Source: a virus
Lineage: Duplodnaviria; Caudoviricetes
IMG/VR virus record: IMGVR_UViG_3300027754_000035
Direction: 5' to 3' (one strand)
DNA length: 64,000 nucleotides
The notes beneath the pieces are model-generated. The model was not told the origin of the DNA. It did not search any database and was given only the letters and a program-made list of their open reading frames with translations. Of the stretch, positions 38,502 to 48,186 are shown piece by piece. The translations under genes were made by a program, and so were the position numbers. Each line of letters opens with the position of its first letter. Position 1 is the stretch's first letter.

Positions 38502-39825
38502 CGTCCCAGATTTTGATTTTGCTCCAACTACTATCTTTGAAGAAAAGATCGGGATCGCCAAAGTGGTCCATTGCTGCCTGCACAACATTACCGTTACCCC
38601 AATAATTACCAGTAATGAATCCATCTGGCTTTATTTTTGGCAACCAAGTCGCCAACAATCTCCAGTTGTGTTGGTAACTCCGATGTTCATTTATGTAGAT
38701 CAGATCAATACTGTTGTTTTCAAATTGATCAGCAGCTTCCAATGCATCCACATCATCAATCACTTTGACGAACGGATATGGTTCAGTACGTAGTTTGAAA
38801 TTGTTACGCACATCTTCCAACGCAATATTCTTGGGCCAGCTATCATCAATAGCATCAAATTGATCTATCACAAACAGTTCTTCGGGTTGTAGATACTTGG
38901 CAATCAATGATGTGGCTTCGCCTTGATAACAATTGATTTCAACAATACGTTTTACTTTGAAATCACGTTCGTCTTGATTCTTCTTGATGTAATTCAAAAA
39001 GTCAATAAAGCCAGTCAAATAGACTTTCGCGGGATTGTCCAAACCACTCAAAAACTTGATGTCGTTGTCGGTACCAAAAAATTGTTCTTGCACACCAATA
39101 CCCAAACGACTGTTTTGAATCATGCGCAACTTGTTTTTGGCGTTGGCAAGCTTTTTCTTACTGATACGCTTTGCCCAACTATGGTCCTCGAAATGGGCAT
39201 CTATGTTGCTAACAGTGTCAGTAATTGTTTTGACAACCACATCACTACCCCATTCACCACCCGCAATGATTCCACCATCACGCAACTTTGGAAGATACAG
39301 ATCCAACAACTGTCGTAGTTTGCTTGCGGAATTGTTGCTGCCCAGATAAATAAAATCAAAACTACCATCATCAAACAAATGTACGGCGTCAATGATATCA
39401 ACATCGTGAAGATTGACACATGGAAAATGTTTGGCTCTCAAAAAGAAGTTGTGTTTTACATCGTCCCACTTATGCAAGAAAATTGATTCATCGTTATTTT
39501 GAACGTCGAGTGGCTTACGACTTTCAAAAGACTCAACAGCATGAATGCTATTGGGATTTAGTTTGTGTGCAAATATTGTGGTCAATTCACCTTGGAAACA
39601 GTTGAGTTCCAATGCATTTTTTACTTGAATCTTGCTATTGACATACTCGCACAAATCCAAAGCACCTTTAAGAGGATCTGGTAGAAAATATGTAGTATCC
39701 AGAATAAATTCGATGCTCTGTGAACTAACATAAAACTGATTGCTTACACCAGCGTCGGATGCAGGCACACCCAGTCGAAACTTTTTTACTGTATTGATCA
39801 GTGGTATATTTGTGTTTGTTGCCAT
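38494..39825 (-). CDS. Tandem two-domain class I methyltransferase-like protein (Methyltransf_24-like)
   Basis: Two repeats: E.NC[FY]QGE...FDFIY/IDLIY...LPK..DG. Confidence 0.75.
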   Translation of the reverse strand: MATNTNIPLINTVKKFRLGVPASDAGVSNQFYVSSQSIEFILDTTYFLPDPLKGALDLCEYVNSKIQVKNALELNCFQGELTTIFAHKLNPNSIHAVESFESRKPLDVQNNDESIFLHKWDDVKHNFFLRAKHFPCVNLHDVDIIDAVHLFDDGSFDFIYLGSNNSASKLRQLLDLYLPKLRDGGIIAGGEWGSDVVVKTITDTVSNIDAHFEDHSWAKRISKKKLANAKNKLRMIQNSRLGIGVQEQFFGTDNDIKFLSGLDNPAKVYLTGFIDFLNYIKKNQDERDFKVKRIVEINCYQGEATSLIAKYLQPEELFVIDQFDAIDDSWPKNIALEDVRNNFKLRTEPYPFVKVIDDVDALEAADQFENNSIDLIYINEHRSYQHNWRLLATWLPKIKPDGFITGNYWGNGNVVQAAMDHFGDPDLFFKDSSWSKIKIWDDE

Positions 39826-39868
39826 ATTACTATATAGATTTTTTGGACACCGGGTGTGTAATTATATT

Positions 39869-40144
39869 TTACTTCTGTAGTAGAAACTCAGCGAGTTGTT
39901 GTTGCTTTTGTTTGTCAAAAACAAATTCGTCGGTAAATGGATATCCTTTGAACACGATGTGGTATATCCACCTTAGTTTTTGTCGCCAATCCATTTTACG
40001 TCCTACCAAACCTCGTTCAAATATACTGAGGTATACTTCTGATTCGTCGGTGAATCGTTCAACCACCAAACCATGGCTATAACAATCACACATGATGAAC
40101 ATTTGACTGTTGTTTAGATCGTTAGTTTTCTTTCCAATTTCCAT
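39869..40144 (-). CDS. Hypothetical protein
   Basis: CDCYSHGL motif. Confidence 0.55.
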   Translation of the reverse strand: MEIGKKTNDLNNSQMFIMCDCYSHGLVVERFTDESEVYLSIFERGLVGRKMDWRQKLRWIYHIVFKGYPFTDEFVFDKQKQQQLAEFLLQK

Positions 40145-40674
40145 AAATTATTATACAAGTAACGGTTGGCTCGACACAGATGTTTGAAAACAAAACGGAT
40201 AATTTCGTTGTATGGTCTAAATATAATTCGATACACCAACGTGCTTTCAAATACCCAACGCTGCTTCATAAGCTCAGTATGAACTCTTTGTTGTTCAAGT
40301 CTGTATGAATTATCACGGGCCACAAACTGCGTCAAATCCACTTTTTGTACTTTACCATCAATTATTGTAATTTGGTATTCTATGCTATAGTCCAAGCCCT
40401 TTTTAGTGGAACTGATATAGTCATGAATTTCTATGGTCTGTGTAATATTGTGCGGCACCCAATGCGTATCTTTGATTTTGAATGGCAACATTTGGTCGTC
40501 CGTAGTTTCATACGTCACATTCAAAATCCACAATGTACCATCTTCTCGGATTTCAAATTTATCCAATGCATTGTTCAAAGACTTTGTTTGAAAATCTACA
40601 GATCCAGTATAGCCTTGCGCATCCGCAGGCATTGGTAATGGATACTTACAATTGATATCGTCGAACATTCCCAT
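40114..40674 (-). CDS. Conserved phage hypothetical protein
   Basis: MGMFDDINCKYPLP...FQTKSL motif. Confidence 0.65.
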   Translation of the reverse strand: MGMFDDINCKYPLPMPADAQGYTGSVDFQTKSLNNALDKFEIREDGTLWILNVTYETTDDQMLPFKIKDTHWVPHNITQTIEIHDYISSTKKGLDYSIEYQITIIDGKVQKVDLTQFVARDNSYRLEQQRVHTELMKQRWVFESTLVYRIIFRPYNEIIRFVFKHLCRANRYLYNNLWKLERKLTI

Positions 40675-40687
40675 ATAGTTGTATCTA

Positions 40688-41950
40688 TTACTTTTTGATT
40701 TTTACTTGTTTAATCCAACTACTATCTTTGAAATAGATGTTTGGTTCACCAATGGTTGCAAGACATGTTTGTACAACATCGCCGCTGCCCCATCCAATAC
40801 CACATATGTATCCACCTGGTTTTATCTTTGGTAGTGCTTTTTCAATAATGGTTTGTAAATACGTTCTATTGTCATGTTCATTGATATAGAGCATATCAAT
40901 ACTATCATCTTCAAACAAATCATCCAACACAACAATAGGATTGTGCGGCAGTAGACGAACACAATCAAATGGCTTGGTACGAAACTCGAAATTTTGCCGG
41001 ATCTTGTTTATATCGTTTGCACCCAAAATATATGATGGTAGCTTGTCAAACGCATCAATGACGTACAAAGTCTTGGGTTTTAGATAATTAGCAAATAGTT
41101 CGGTTGTTTCACCTTGATAGCAGTTCACTTCCACAATTGTTTGTATATTTTTTGGTTTAATATACTCTAAAAATTCAAAGATTGAATCAAGGTATGCCGA
41201 TTTATGTTTGGTTTGCAATTCCAAAATATCGTCGGGGTGTGTTGTGAATTGCCGATGTAAACCCTGACCCAATCGTGTGTTTGGTAGTTGATGCATTTTT
41301 GCCAAACGCTTCAACTTTGGTGTCACTTTAACCAACCAACTACTATCTTCAAAATAGATGTCTACGTCACCAAACATTTCGATCAGAGCGGCGGTGACTC
41401 CACCTTTGCCCAAATCGTGTCCACCGAGGTATCCATTTACTTTTACTTTTTGTAGATACAACTTGATGTCACGCAATACACCTTCATACGTATGTTCACC
41501 GTCAATGTAAACGAAGTCTAGACTATCATCTTCAAATTTATCGGCTACATTTTGACTAAAGTCTTTGATGTGTTTAATACACGGAAACTGCTCGGTTCGC
41601 AATTTGAAGTTGTAACTCACATCGTCAAAATTAGCAAACGAACTATCATCGTTTGAATCGTAACCATTTACAAACGGATCCATAGCAAACAATTCCTTTG
41701 GCTTCAAATACAATGCGAACAAACTGGTACTTTCGCCTTGGTAGCTACCAATCTCAACCATGCGTTGCACATCAACTTCTTTTTTTACATGGTTGATACA
41801 CGCAATGAGTCCACGCAACCAATTGTTTTGAAACAAATCGTCATGACTCAATATGTAGGCAATATTTTCGTCAGTGGCAAAAAATTGTTGTTCGCCAAGG
41901 CCTGTGCCCAACCGCATACATGGTAGTTTACGTAACAGAGTATTATCCAT
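40688..41950 (-). CDS. Tandem two-domain class I methyltransferase (Methyltransf_24-like)
   Basis: Domain 1 is canonical: VEIGSYQGES, LDFVYIDGEHTYEGV..DI, GYLGGHD; domain 2 is degenerate. Confidence 0.82.
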   Translation of the reverse strand: MDNTLLRKLPCMRLGTGLGEQQFFATDENIAYILSHDDLFQNNWLRGLIACINHVKKEVDVQRMVEIGSYQGESTSLFALYLKPKELFAMDPFVNGYDSNDDSSFANFDDVSYNFKLRTEQFPCIKHIKDFSQNVADKFEDDSLDFVYIDGEHTYEGVLRDIKLYLQKVKVNGYLGGHDLGKGGVTAALIEMFGDVDIYFEDSSWLVKVTPKLKRLAKMHQLPNTRLGQGLHRQFTTHPDDILELQTKHKSAYLDSIFEFLEYIKPKNIQTIVEVNCYQGETTELFANYLKPKTLYVIDAFDKLPSYILGANDINKIRQNFEFRTKPFDCVRLLPHNPIVVLDDLFEDDSIDMLYINEHDNRTYLQTIIEKALPKIKPGGYICGIGWGSGDVVQTCLATIGEPNIYFKDSSWIKQVKIKK

Positions 41951-41954
41951 AAAT

Positions 41955-42155
41955 TTATTCTTTGATGTACTTTAGTGTTTTTGTATAACAATCAAAACAT
42001 AGTTGACCAGCACCATCCACGTAATTGTTTCTAAAATCTACGTGCATTGACTTTGGAACATTGGTGTCGATACTACACATTACACACGTTTCAAACTGTG
42101 GTTGTTCAACGACAAAATCATCGTTTCTGGCATTTTTGATAATATTATTATGCAT
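41955..42155 (-). CDS. Small Zn-finger-like protein
   Basis: CVMC...YVDGAGQLCFDC. Confidence 0.6.
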   Translation of the reverse strand: MHNNIIKNARNDDFVVEQPQFETCVMCSIDTNVPKSMHVDFRNNYVDGAGQLCFDCYTKTLKYIKE

Positions 42156-42158
42156 AAC

Positions 42159-42425
42159 TTATTTAGTAACTTGTTTAGTTTCGTAGACAGCACCATCCAC
42201 TGAATAGTACGCTCTATAAGTATTTGTTTGAATAGTTGTTATTGCAATATTATTGGTTTTTACTCTATAATATTCAATGTACTCGTTGGTGACCCTCTGA
42301 ATCTTGACATCCTTGGGAATTTGATTCAATGCTTCTTCAAATTTGTATCTGAGCAGCGATGAACAACCAGATTGCAATAGCAGTGCGGCAGATAAAAGTA
42401 TCGTGGTTATAAACTTAGGTTTCAT
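42159..42425 (-). CDS. Putative lipoprotein
   Basis: MKPK, hydrophobic stretch, LQSGC lipobox. Confidence 0.6.
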   Translation of the reverse strand: MKPKFITTILLSAALLLQSGCSSLLRYKFEEALNQIPKDVKIQRVTNEYIEYYRVKTNNIAITTIQTNTYRAYYSVDGAVYETKQVTK

Positions 42426-42798
42426 GATGTTTGTGGTAAGCCGCAACGTACCGAATAATATTATTTTTGCCCACTGGATTCATGCTGTGAACCACAAACT
42501 CAGGGTGTTTTACGCCCAACTTCATACACTCGTTGCACAGCAACTTAGCACAATCATAACCAGTCTTTTCGGTCAGATTATCATAGTCAATAGCACCACC
42601 ATGATTCATGCTATCATAATGTGTGTCAGCCAAATCGTGATCATAGGCAACAAACTCAGGAATGCCCTTGTTCAAAATAGTTGTACGAAATTCTTTATAT
42701 GAGCGCACAATTGTCCAAGGCACAGCTGGCAGTTTGACCCAAGTAACGTCGGTAGGTTCTCGGATGTCGTCTAAAAACAGATAATATTTTTGGTTCAT
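42415..42798 (-). CDS. Cyclic-phosphate-processing receiver-like domain protein
   Basis: LFLDDIREP...VRSYKEF...DHDL...TGYDCAK.L...HSMNPVG. Confidence 0.75.
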   Translation of the reverse strand: MNQKYYLFLDDIREPTDVTWVKLPAVPWTIVRSYKEFRTTILNKGIPEFVAYDHDLADTHYDSMNHGGAIDYDNLTEKTGYDCAKLLCNECMKLGVKHPEFVVHSMNPVGKNNIIRYVAAYHKHHET

Positions 42799-42983
42799 GC
42801 TTTTTTAAGTTTCTGTTCCAAGTATAGCACATACTTACGCATTGGCAAGCCATTTACAAACACAGATCCTAGATCATCTATTTTTGTGGTACGTATTGCA
42901 TCTGAACCGTATTTGTTTAATATCGTTTCAAGTTCAGCATAATCAACGACGGTATGTATTTTTATTGTGTATTTATATTTCAT
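42795..42983 (-). CDS. Small hypothetical protein
   Basis: Operon packing. Confidence 0.5.
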   Translation of the reverse strand: MKYKYTIKIHTVVDYAELETILNKYGSDAIRTTKIDDLGSVFVNGLPMRKYVLYLEQKLKKA

Positions 42984-42987
42984 AATT

Positions 42988-43326
42988 TTACTTCCACAGA
43001 ACTTGCAGTATTACAATCAATAGTGCCAATCCAATGAGGGTTAGTGTTTTGAGTCCCAGTTTTTCGTTGAAATGACAGTACGATAGTATGGTGAACATAA
43101 TCAATCCGATACCGAATGTCAAGATTCTATTCGGCCAAACTTGTCCTTGAAAGTGATCACTGATTATTTTTATTGCACGTATAGAGACATATGTGTTTGG
43201 TATGCTTAGAAATATCAATAGATACTCGTATTTCTTGAACCATGGACTTATGAATTGACCGTGTAGTTGATACCATCCGGTGATGTATACACAAACCAGT
43301 AGACTTACGCCAATAAGTAATTTCAT
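42988..43326 (-). CDS. Four-TM small membrane protein (SMR/EamA half-like)
   Basis: Four hydrophobic segments in 112 aa. Confidence 0.6.
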   Translation of the reverse strand: MKLLIGVSLLVCVYITGWYQLHGQFISPWFKKYEYLLIFLSIPNTYVSIRAIKIISDHFQGQVWPNRILTFGIGLIMFTILSYCHFNEKLGLKTLTLIGLALLIVILQVLWK

Positions 43327-43526
43327 ACTGCATTATTTTCTCTTAAAATAACATTATACTTATTCATTGGATTTTTACACACCAAGCTTTCTTTGGATAA
43401 TTTGGCATATGTAGTGTCATATAAATGAACAAAATCGTCGCCTTTTATTTTCTCACCCTCTTTTAATTTTATATATTTTTTCAAGGAAGTTTCCGCTATT
43501 TCTACGATGTTGGATGCACTTTTCAT
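43323..43526 (-). CDS. Small hypothetical protein
   Basis: Operon packing. Confidence 0.5.
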   Translation of the reverse strand: MKSASNIVEIAETSLKKYIKLKEGEKIKGDDFVHLYDTTYAKLSKESLVCKNPMNKYNVILRENNAV

Positions 43527-43535
43527 AATTTTTTA

Positions 43536-44645
43536 TTAAACAGCTACATCAAACTTAATTGTCGGGTGAAACTCGTAATCAAGTAGTTTGATATCATCAT
43601 ATTTGAAATCAAACAATGATTTGACTTCTGGATTCAACCACAACTTCGGCAATTTTTTAGGTTCTCTCGTAAGTTGTAGTTTCAATCCATCAAGATGATT
43701 CACATAAATGTGCGTATCTCCGGTTGAATGTGTGAATGTACCTGTAGTCATATTGACCGTCTGTGCAATCATGGCAGTTAATAGTGAATAACTAGCTACG
43801 TTAAATGGATTTCCGAGTGCCGTGTCTTGCGATCTTTGGTACAACAAACAATTCAAACGACGGCTTGGAATATTTTCCTCGGCTAATTTTTGAATAACCC
43901 ACATTTCCGATTTAGGAAGATTTACAGGACCAACTTGTTTTTGTAAAATTTCAATTCTCTCTTCCAATGTCAATTCTTCTGTATGGAACTGGAATAAGCA
44001 ATGACAGGGCGGCAAAGCACAATGATCTACCCAATATGGATGCCATGCACTTACGATCATACGTCTGTCGTCTGGATAGAACTTGAGTTTCTCAATGACT
44101 TTCCTCAGCTGATCTACAGTGTCTAGGGTTTCTTTGCCCTCTGAGGGTGCCACTGTATCATAGTCATTGTAAAATGGAAATGCTCGCCACATTCCACCAT
44201 AAGTTCCTTCACCAAGTTCACCCCATCTATTTGCAAACGATTCGTCAAATTTAATTTTTTCAACAAATTCTTCTTGTGTCAATTTGTTCTCTTGCACCGC
44301 TGGAATTTCTTTCTCCAGATTTTCTGGAGAAGTATAGAATTTTGCTCTATTTTCCCACCAATCAGAATATTTCTTGTATGCCCATTCGTTCCAAATACGA
44401 ACATTGTTATCAACCAGATATTTGATATTGGTGTCGCCACTGATGAACCACAATAGTTCATGAACAATAGCTGGCCAATGAACTTTCTTGGTTGTTAGAA
44501 TTGGAAATGCGTTGAGGTCAACGTCGTATTTGGCTTGAGCACCAAAAATACCGATTGTATCAATGCCGGTACGATTTTTCTTAACTTTTCCGTTTGTCAA
44601 AATATCATTGACAATTCTGAAATATTCTGTGTCTACTTTGTTCAT
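43536..44645 (-). CDS. thyA: Thymidylate synthase
   Basis: NRTGIDT, FPILTTKK, HELLWF, ALPPCH, YQRSQD, PFNVASY, GDTHIY. Confidence 0.95.
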   Translation of the reverse strand: MNKVDTEYFRIVNDILTNGKVKKNRTGIDTIGIFGAQAKYDVDLNAFPILTTKKVHWPAIVHELLWFISGDTNIKYLVDNNVRIWNEWAYKKYSDWWENRAKFYTSPENLEKEIPAVQENKLTQEEFVEKIKFDESFANRWGELGEGTYGGMWRAFPFYNDYDTVAPSEGKETLDTVDQLRKVIEKLKFYPDDRRMIVSAWHPYWVDHCALPPCHCLFQFHTEELTLEERIEILQKQVGPVNLPKSEMWVIQKLAEENIPSRRLNCLLYQRSQDTALGNPFNVASYSLLTAMIAQTVNMTTGTFTHSTGDTHIYVNHLDGLKLQLTREPKKLPKLWLNPEVKSLFDFKYDDIKLLDYEFHPTIKFDVAV

Positions 44646-44652
44646 AATTTAC
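44625..44652. repeat. 28-bp direct repeat, copy 1 (thyA start region)
   Basis: ttctgtgtctactttgttcataatttac, identical to 45415-45442. Confidence 0.95.
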
Positions 44653-45052
44653 GACGCATGTTTTTTGAGTTATTTGTTGCTATAGCCATCAATCTTTCTT
44701 CAGTAAGAGGTATTACGGGGTCTGGTTCTACAATCTTTGGTTTTAGTTCAGGATCATCTTTGTGTAGTTCGTAATATTGTTTTGATGATGTTGTTAGTCC
44801 GATATCATCATAGTCGTCGTCACTAGAATAGGCAAGTTTATTTTCTTTTAGATTCCACACCTCTTTTATGTTGGAATAACACTGTGGATCTATTTCTTCA
44901 TATCCTTTAGCACGAACCAACTTCTCAAATGTAGTGTAGTATTCATAGAATATACTCATATGACCACTACTCACTTGAACGGTAACATATTGTTCATCCA
45001 ATGGGGCATTTTCAATACCGGCGTCTAAAACTGATTGATAGTGTTTGTCCAT
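44642..45052 (-). CDS. Hypothetical protein (gene 2 of inserted cassette)
   Basis: Stop overlaps the thyA ATG inside the repeat. Confidence 0.6.
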   Translation of the reverse strand: MDKHYQSVLDAGIENAPLDEQYVTVQVSSGHMSIFYEYYTTFEKLVRAKGYEEIDPQCYSNIKEVWNLKENKLAYSSDDDYDDIGLTTSSKQYYELHKDDPELKPKIVEPDPVIPLTEERLMAIATNNSKNMRRKL

Positions 45053-45060
45053 ATTAGTTT

Positions 45061-45435
45061 TTATTTGATAGCTTTTAGTCGTGTAACTACATCATCCACA
45101 TAATACGCAGTAAATTCTGCTTCTGCGTCTATTTTATTGATTGCAGTTTCATGCCATTCTTCTCGCACTTGTTTTTTGTCGGTGTAGAATTGTTTGAAGT
45201 CATTGTGCAACCACTCGGTTGGTAAAGTCGGATGGATATTGTCATACAATCTACGAACAATTGGCAGAATCATGCCAGCGAATCTTTCGGAGTCGGGTGT
45301 ATATGGAGGAACATCTTTTAGTAGACGGTGTGCCATATTGTCCAATGCAAGTGCTAGTTCATCACAACTAGTTTCGTTTTCAATACCTTCTAACAATCCA
45401 GTTTTTCTCCACTTTTCTGTGTCTACTTTGTTCAT
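45061..45435 (-). CDS. Protein resembling the N-terminal segment of gp23-type major capsid proteins (gene 1 of inserted cassette)
   Basis: KWRKTGLLEG...LDN.A..LL...FAGMILPIVRRLY; starts with the same 7 codons as thyA. Confidence 0.5.
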   Translation of the reverse strand: MNKVDTEKWRKTGLLEGIENETSCDELALALDNMAHRLLKDVPPYTPDSERFAGMILPIVRRLYDNIHPTLPTEWLHNDFKQFYTDKKQVREEWHETAINKIDAEAEFTAYYVDDVVTRLKAIK

Positions 45436-45442
45436 AATTTAC
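45415..45442. repeat. 28-bp direct repeat, copy 2 (folA stop plus start)
   Basis: Identical to 44625-44652. Confidence 0.95.
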
Positions 45443-45912
45443 TTAGTATACTTGATAACTCTATGACCGTCAAATTCTTTTATCACTTCTTGTTTATTAT
45501 AAAGATGTTCAAACGGAATCATATAGGTATCAGCGTCATATGTGCCTTTGATGTGAGTCACGTAGAACTCGGTTATGTATGGAAGAAACAGTTCATATGT
45601 TTTTGCTCCACCAATTACTATAAGTTCTCCCTTGTGCGAGGAATCTAAATTAACAATATTATCTTTGTCTCTATAACAAAATGCCATATTGTTTATTGGA
45701 TCATACGTGTCTGGATATACCATTCTCGTCAATACGATAAGATTTCTATTTTTAAGTGTTGGTAAAGTAGTAAATGTTGTATGACCAACAATTAATATTT
45801 TACCCATAGTGAATTCTTTGAACCACTTGAAGTCTTCCTTTATAGATGGCCAGGGCAAAGCACCATTTTTGCCTATGGCTCTATTTTCCGACATTGCGAG
45901 TATTGCTTTCAT
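45439..45912 (-). CDS. folA: Dihydrofolate reductase
   Basis: AMSENRAIGKNGALPWP..KEDFKWFKEFTMGK, LKNR, VIGGA..Y, YDADTY. Confidence 0.9.
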   Translation of the reverse strand: MKAILAMSENRAIGKNGALPWPSIKEDFKWFKEFTMGKILIVGHTTFTTLPTLKNRNLIVLTRMVYPDTYDPINNMAFCYRDKDNIVNLDSSHKGELIVIGGAKTYELFLPYITEFYVTHIKGTYDADTYMIPFEHLYNKQEVIKEFDGHRVIKYTK

Positions 45913-46083
45913 TTTTTTATAAATCAAAACTTCTGGAATAACCATCCAATGCTTCATTATATCCACTAAGCCAATAATTATGTTGATCCGAATCTTCTGG
46001 GTATGGACATTGTGTTCCGTCATCATTATATCCAGCTTTGTATCCCACATCAAATGCTTGTTGTTGTTCTGGTGACGGTTTAC

Positions 46084-46512
46084 TCATATTACATTTGCTA
46101 TCGGAGATTCTAGTATTCGTTCATAACGCAACTCAGTTGGTTTAACTTCGACGAATAGAAATATGCCAGTATATATATTTTCTTTGATTTCTGCTTCTTT
46201 GATTTCTGCTTCTGTTATTCCATTCGGATACCGTTGCGCGAATTGTGTAGGAGTATATATTTTCAGGCTGTCTACAAATGAATTCACGTTGTCAAGTGAC
46301 TTAATTGCTACACATTTTCCGTCCGGCAATTTTTTATACCAACTAAAAGCAAAAATTTTATCATTATATTTCAATATACTACTTTCATTATTTGAAGCTC
46401 GAAAATTTTCAATCTGAACTAACTTCTGTTTAATAATGGGAGCATTGATAGTGATGTGCGGAGTATTGTCCGCATATGGTTGACAATAACTTAATAATGC
46501 TTGAATTATCAT
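46084..46512 (-). CDS. Hypothetical protein
   Basis: ORF track. Confidence 0.5.
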   Translation of the reverse strand: MIIQALLSYCQPYADNTPHITINAPIIKQKLVQIENFRASNNESSILKYNDKIFAFSWYKKLPDGKCVAIKSLDNVNSFVDSLKIYTPTQFAQRYPNGITEAEIKEAEIKENIYTGIFLFVEVKPTELRYERILESPIANVI

Positions 46513-46658
46513 ATCATTATTTCATAAATGCGGTCAAGTCAAACTTATTGTTTGGTAACAGCGATTTTGCATAAGCCTCAGTCTTAGACATTTTGGCAAA
46601 ATTAAATGTTTAAGTAACCACGCATAAAATCTATGTTCTCTTGTTTGTCGTATCATAT

Positions 46659-46883
46659 TCAATCTATATTAGCTTTAATTCTATATGCTTTTTTTGCGGA
46701 TTCTCGTTCTTCAATCGGATTTCCAGTATTATAATCTATTTCTTCACATATAGCATTATATAGTTCTATTCTATCTTCTAATTTGTCTGGAAAAGTATTA
46801 TAACTCACTGCTAAAAATATAGAATCTCGTATTGTCCATTTATATTTTGAATTTCCACCAGTGTTATTGTGATCAGTATCCAT
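46659..46883 (-). CDS. Hypothetical protein
   Basis: ORF track. Confidence 0.5.
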   Translation of the reverse strand: MDTDHNNTGGNSKYKWTIRDSIFLAVSYNTFPDKLEDRIELYNAICEEIDYNTGNPIEERESAKKAYRIKANID

Positions 46884-47478
46884 ACTTCTTAGGGTAAATT
46901 AGATCACCATCTTTGTCAACTTCTACTACTTGTAATTTTCCACCCACCGTTTTCCAATCTGGTCGTTTTACTCCACGAACACCATAACACACATACTTTC
47001 TTCCATATGGATCTATAATTGGACATGGGCTTTTAACGAATGAATATAGATGTGTAATTCCAGTTCTCTTCGCTTCATTCAACAACTCTTCATTGGTGTA
47101 ATATGTTTGTGGGTGTTGATCCGATTCAAAATCCTGTCGGTCTTGGACTCCAATCACATCAGCCACACGATTGGGTCTAGGATATACAAATCTGCCACTT
47201 ACAGACGCTGTGTTCTTGGTGAAAGTTTCTTGTGTAAGATCAACATCAACATCTGATATTACTTTTAACCTCCACATCTTTATTACTACCGGCTTACACA
47301 CTGCCGTTCGTTTACCATCACAATCTTCTATTCTAAATAACATTGACGCTGGGTGAGTAAGCCAATCAAACTGTTTGTATAGTGGCACTTCGGCAGTTAC
47401 ACCAAGTGCAATTGTGGGTGCCAACATTGTGGCACCAAGTCCCAATGTTGTGGTTTTGAAAAAGTTTCGTCTGTTCAT
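46873..47478 (-). CDS. Twin-arginine (Tat) signal peptide protein
   Basis: MNRRNFFK followed by a hydrophobic h-region. Confidence 0.65.
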   Translation of the reverse strand: MNRRNFFKTTTLGLGATMLAPTIALGVTAEVPLYKQFDWLTHPASMLFRIEDCDGKRTAVCKPVVIKMWRLKVISDVDVDLTQETFTKNTASVSGRFVYPRPNRVADVIGVQDRQDFESDQHPQTYYTNEELLNEAKRTGITHLYSFVKSPCPIIDPYGRKYVCYGVRGVKRPDWKTVGGKLQVVEVDKDGDLIYPKKYGY

Positions 47479-47484
47479 ATTATT

Positions 47485-47700
47485 TTAATATCCTAATGTT
47501 TTGAGTGATGCCAATAACATTGCAGCGGCTTTCTTCATCTTTTTTCGTTTAACCTTTATTACAGACAGTTGTTTTTCTGTATAACAACTATCTCCCCTCC
47601 AAACAAGATCTTGTGATGCAAGATCTTTAGATGTTCGCTTCAAATCAGAAACAACAAGTTTAACAATTTCAACGTAATTACTATTTTGATCAGTATTCAT
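47485..47700 (-). CDS. Hypothetical protein (cassette array)
   Basis: Start lies in the 23-bp junction repeat. Confidence 0.55.
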   Translation of the reverse strand: MNTDQNSNYVEIVKLVVSDLKRTSKDLASQDLVWRGDSCYTEKQLSVIKVKRKKMKKAAAMLLASLKTLGY

Positions 47701-47724
47701 ATCAACTCTTTTTCTTTATATTGT

Positions 47725-48186
47725 TCATACGAATGGAATCAAATTCTCTTGGTTTCTTACATATCTATGGATATTAGAAACATCATCTGGCATTTTAATG
47801 CGATCAAAAAGATGGCTCAACCAATTTCTCATTTGGATGTGGGTATAAAAATGAGCATAATTTTCTTCGTCCCACCAAATATCATAACTCATCAAATTCT
47901 TTTCTTTTGCATCTTTATCAAACTGATCGTAACCTACTTGACCGCCGACGGAAACTGTGCGGTCAGATTTCTCTATTGTTGTAGAAAAAGTTACACTGGA
48001 TGTTTCTTTCGTAACGGGATCACAACATTCATCAATTGTAAACTCTTTGGTCAATTTTCGTAGATGGTCCATGATAGGAACGAAATTGTTTCGTATCTTG
48101 TTTTCGTTGATGAATGCGTTGTATTCATCCAATGTGATTTCATCCTTTGCAGCCAATATTGTTGCCAAATCATTTGTAGTGTTCAT
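47725..48186 (-). CDS. Hypothetical protein (cassette array)
   Basis: Start lies in the junction repeat. Confidence 0.6.
   Translation of the reverse strand: MNTTNDLATILAAKDEITLDEYNAFINENKIRNNFVPIMDHLRKLTKEFTIDECCDPVTKETSSVTFSTTIEKSDRTVSVGGQVGYDQFDKDAKEKNLMSYDIWWDEENYAHFYTHIQMRNWLSHLFDRIKMPDDVSNIHRYVRNQENLIPFV

Noticed and set aside
43536-44645. dCMP hydroxymethylase or intron-containing td
   Set aside because: Retains the dUMP-specifying Asn (PFNVASY) in one continuous ORF; extra length is loop insertions
45913-46053. 47-aa N-terminal extension of DHFR given by the ORF track
   Set aside because: Homology starts at MKAILAM (45912); the extension has no recognisable motif
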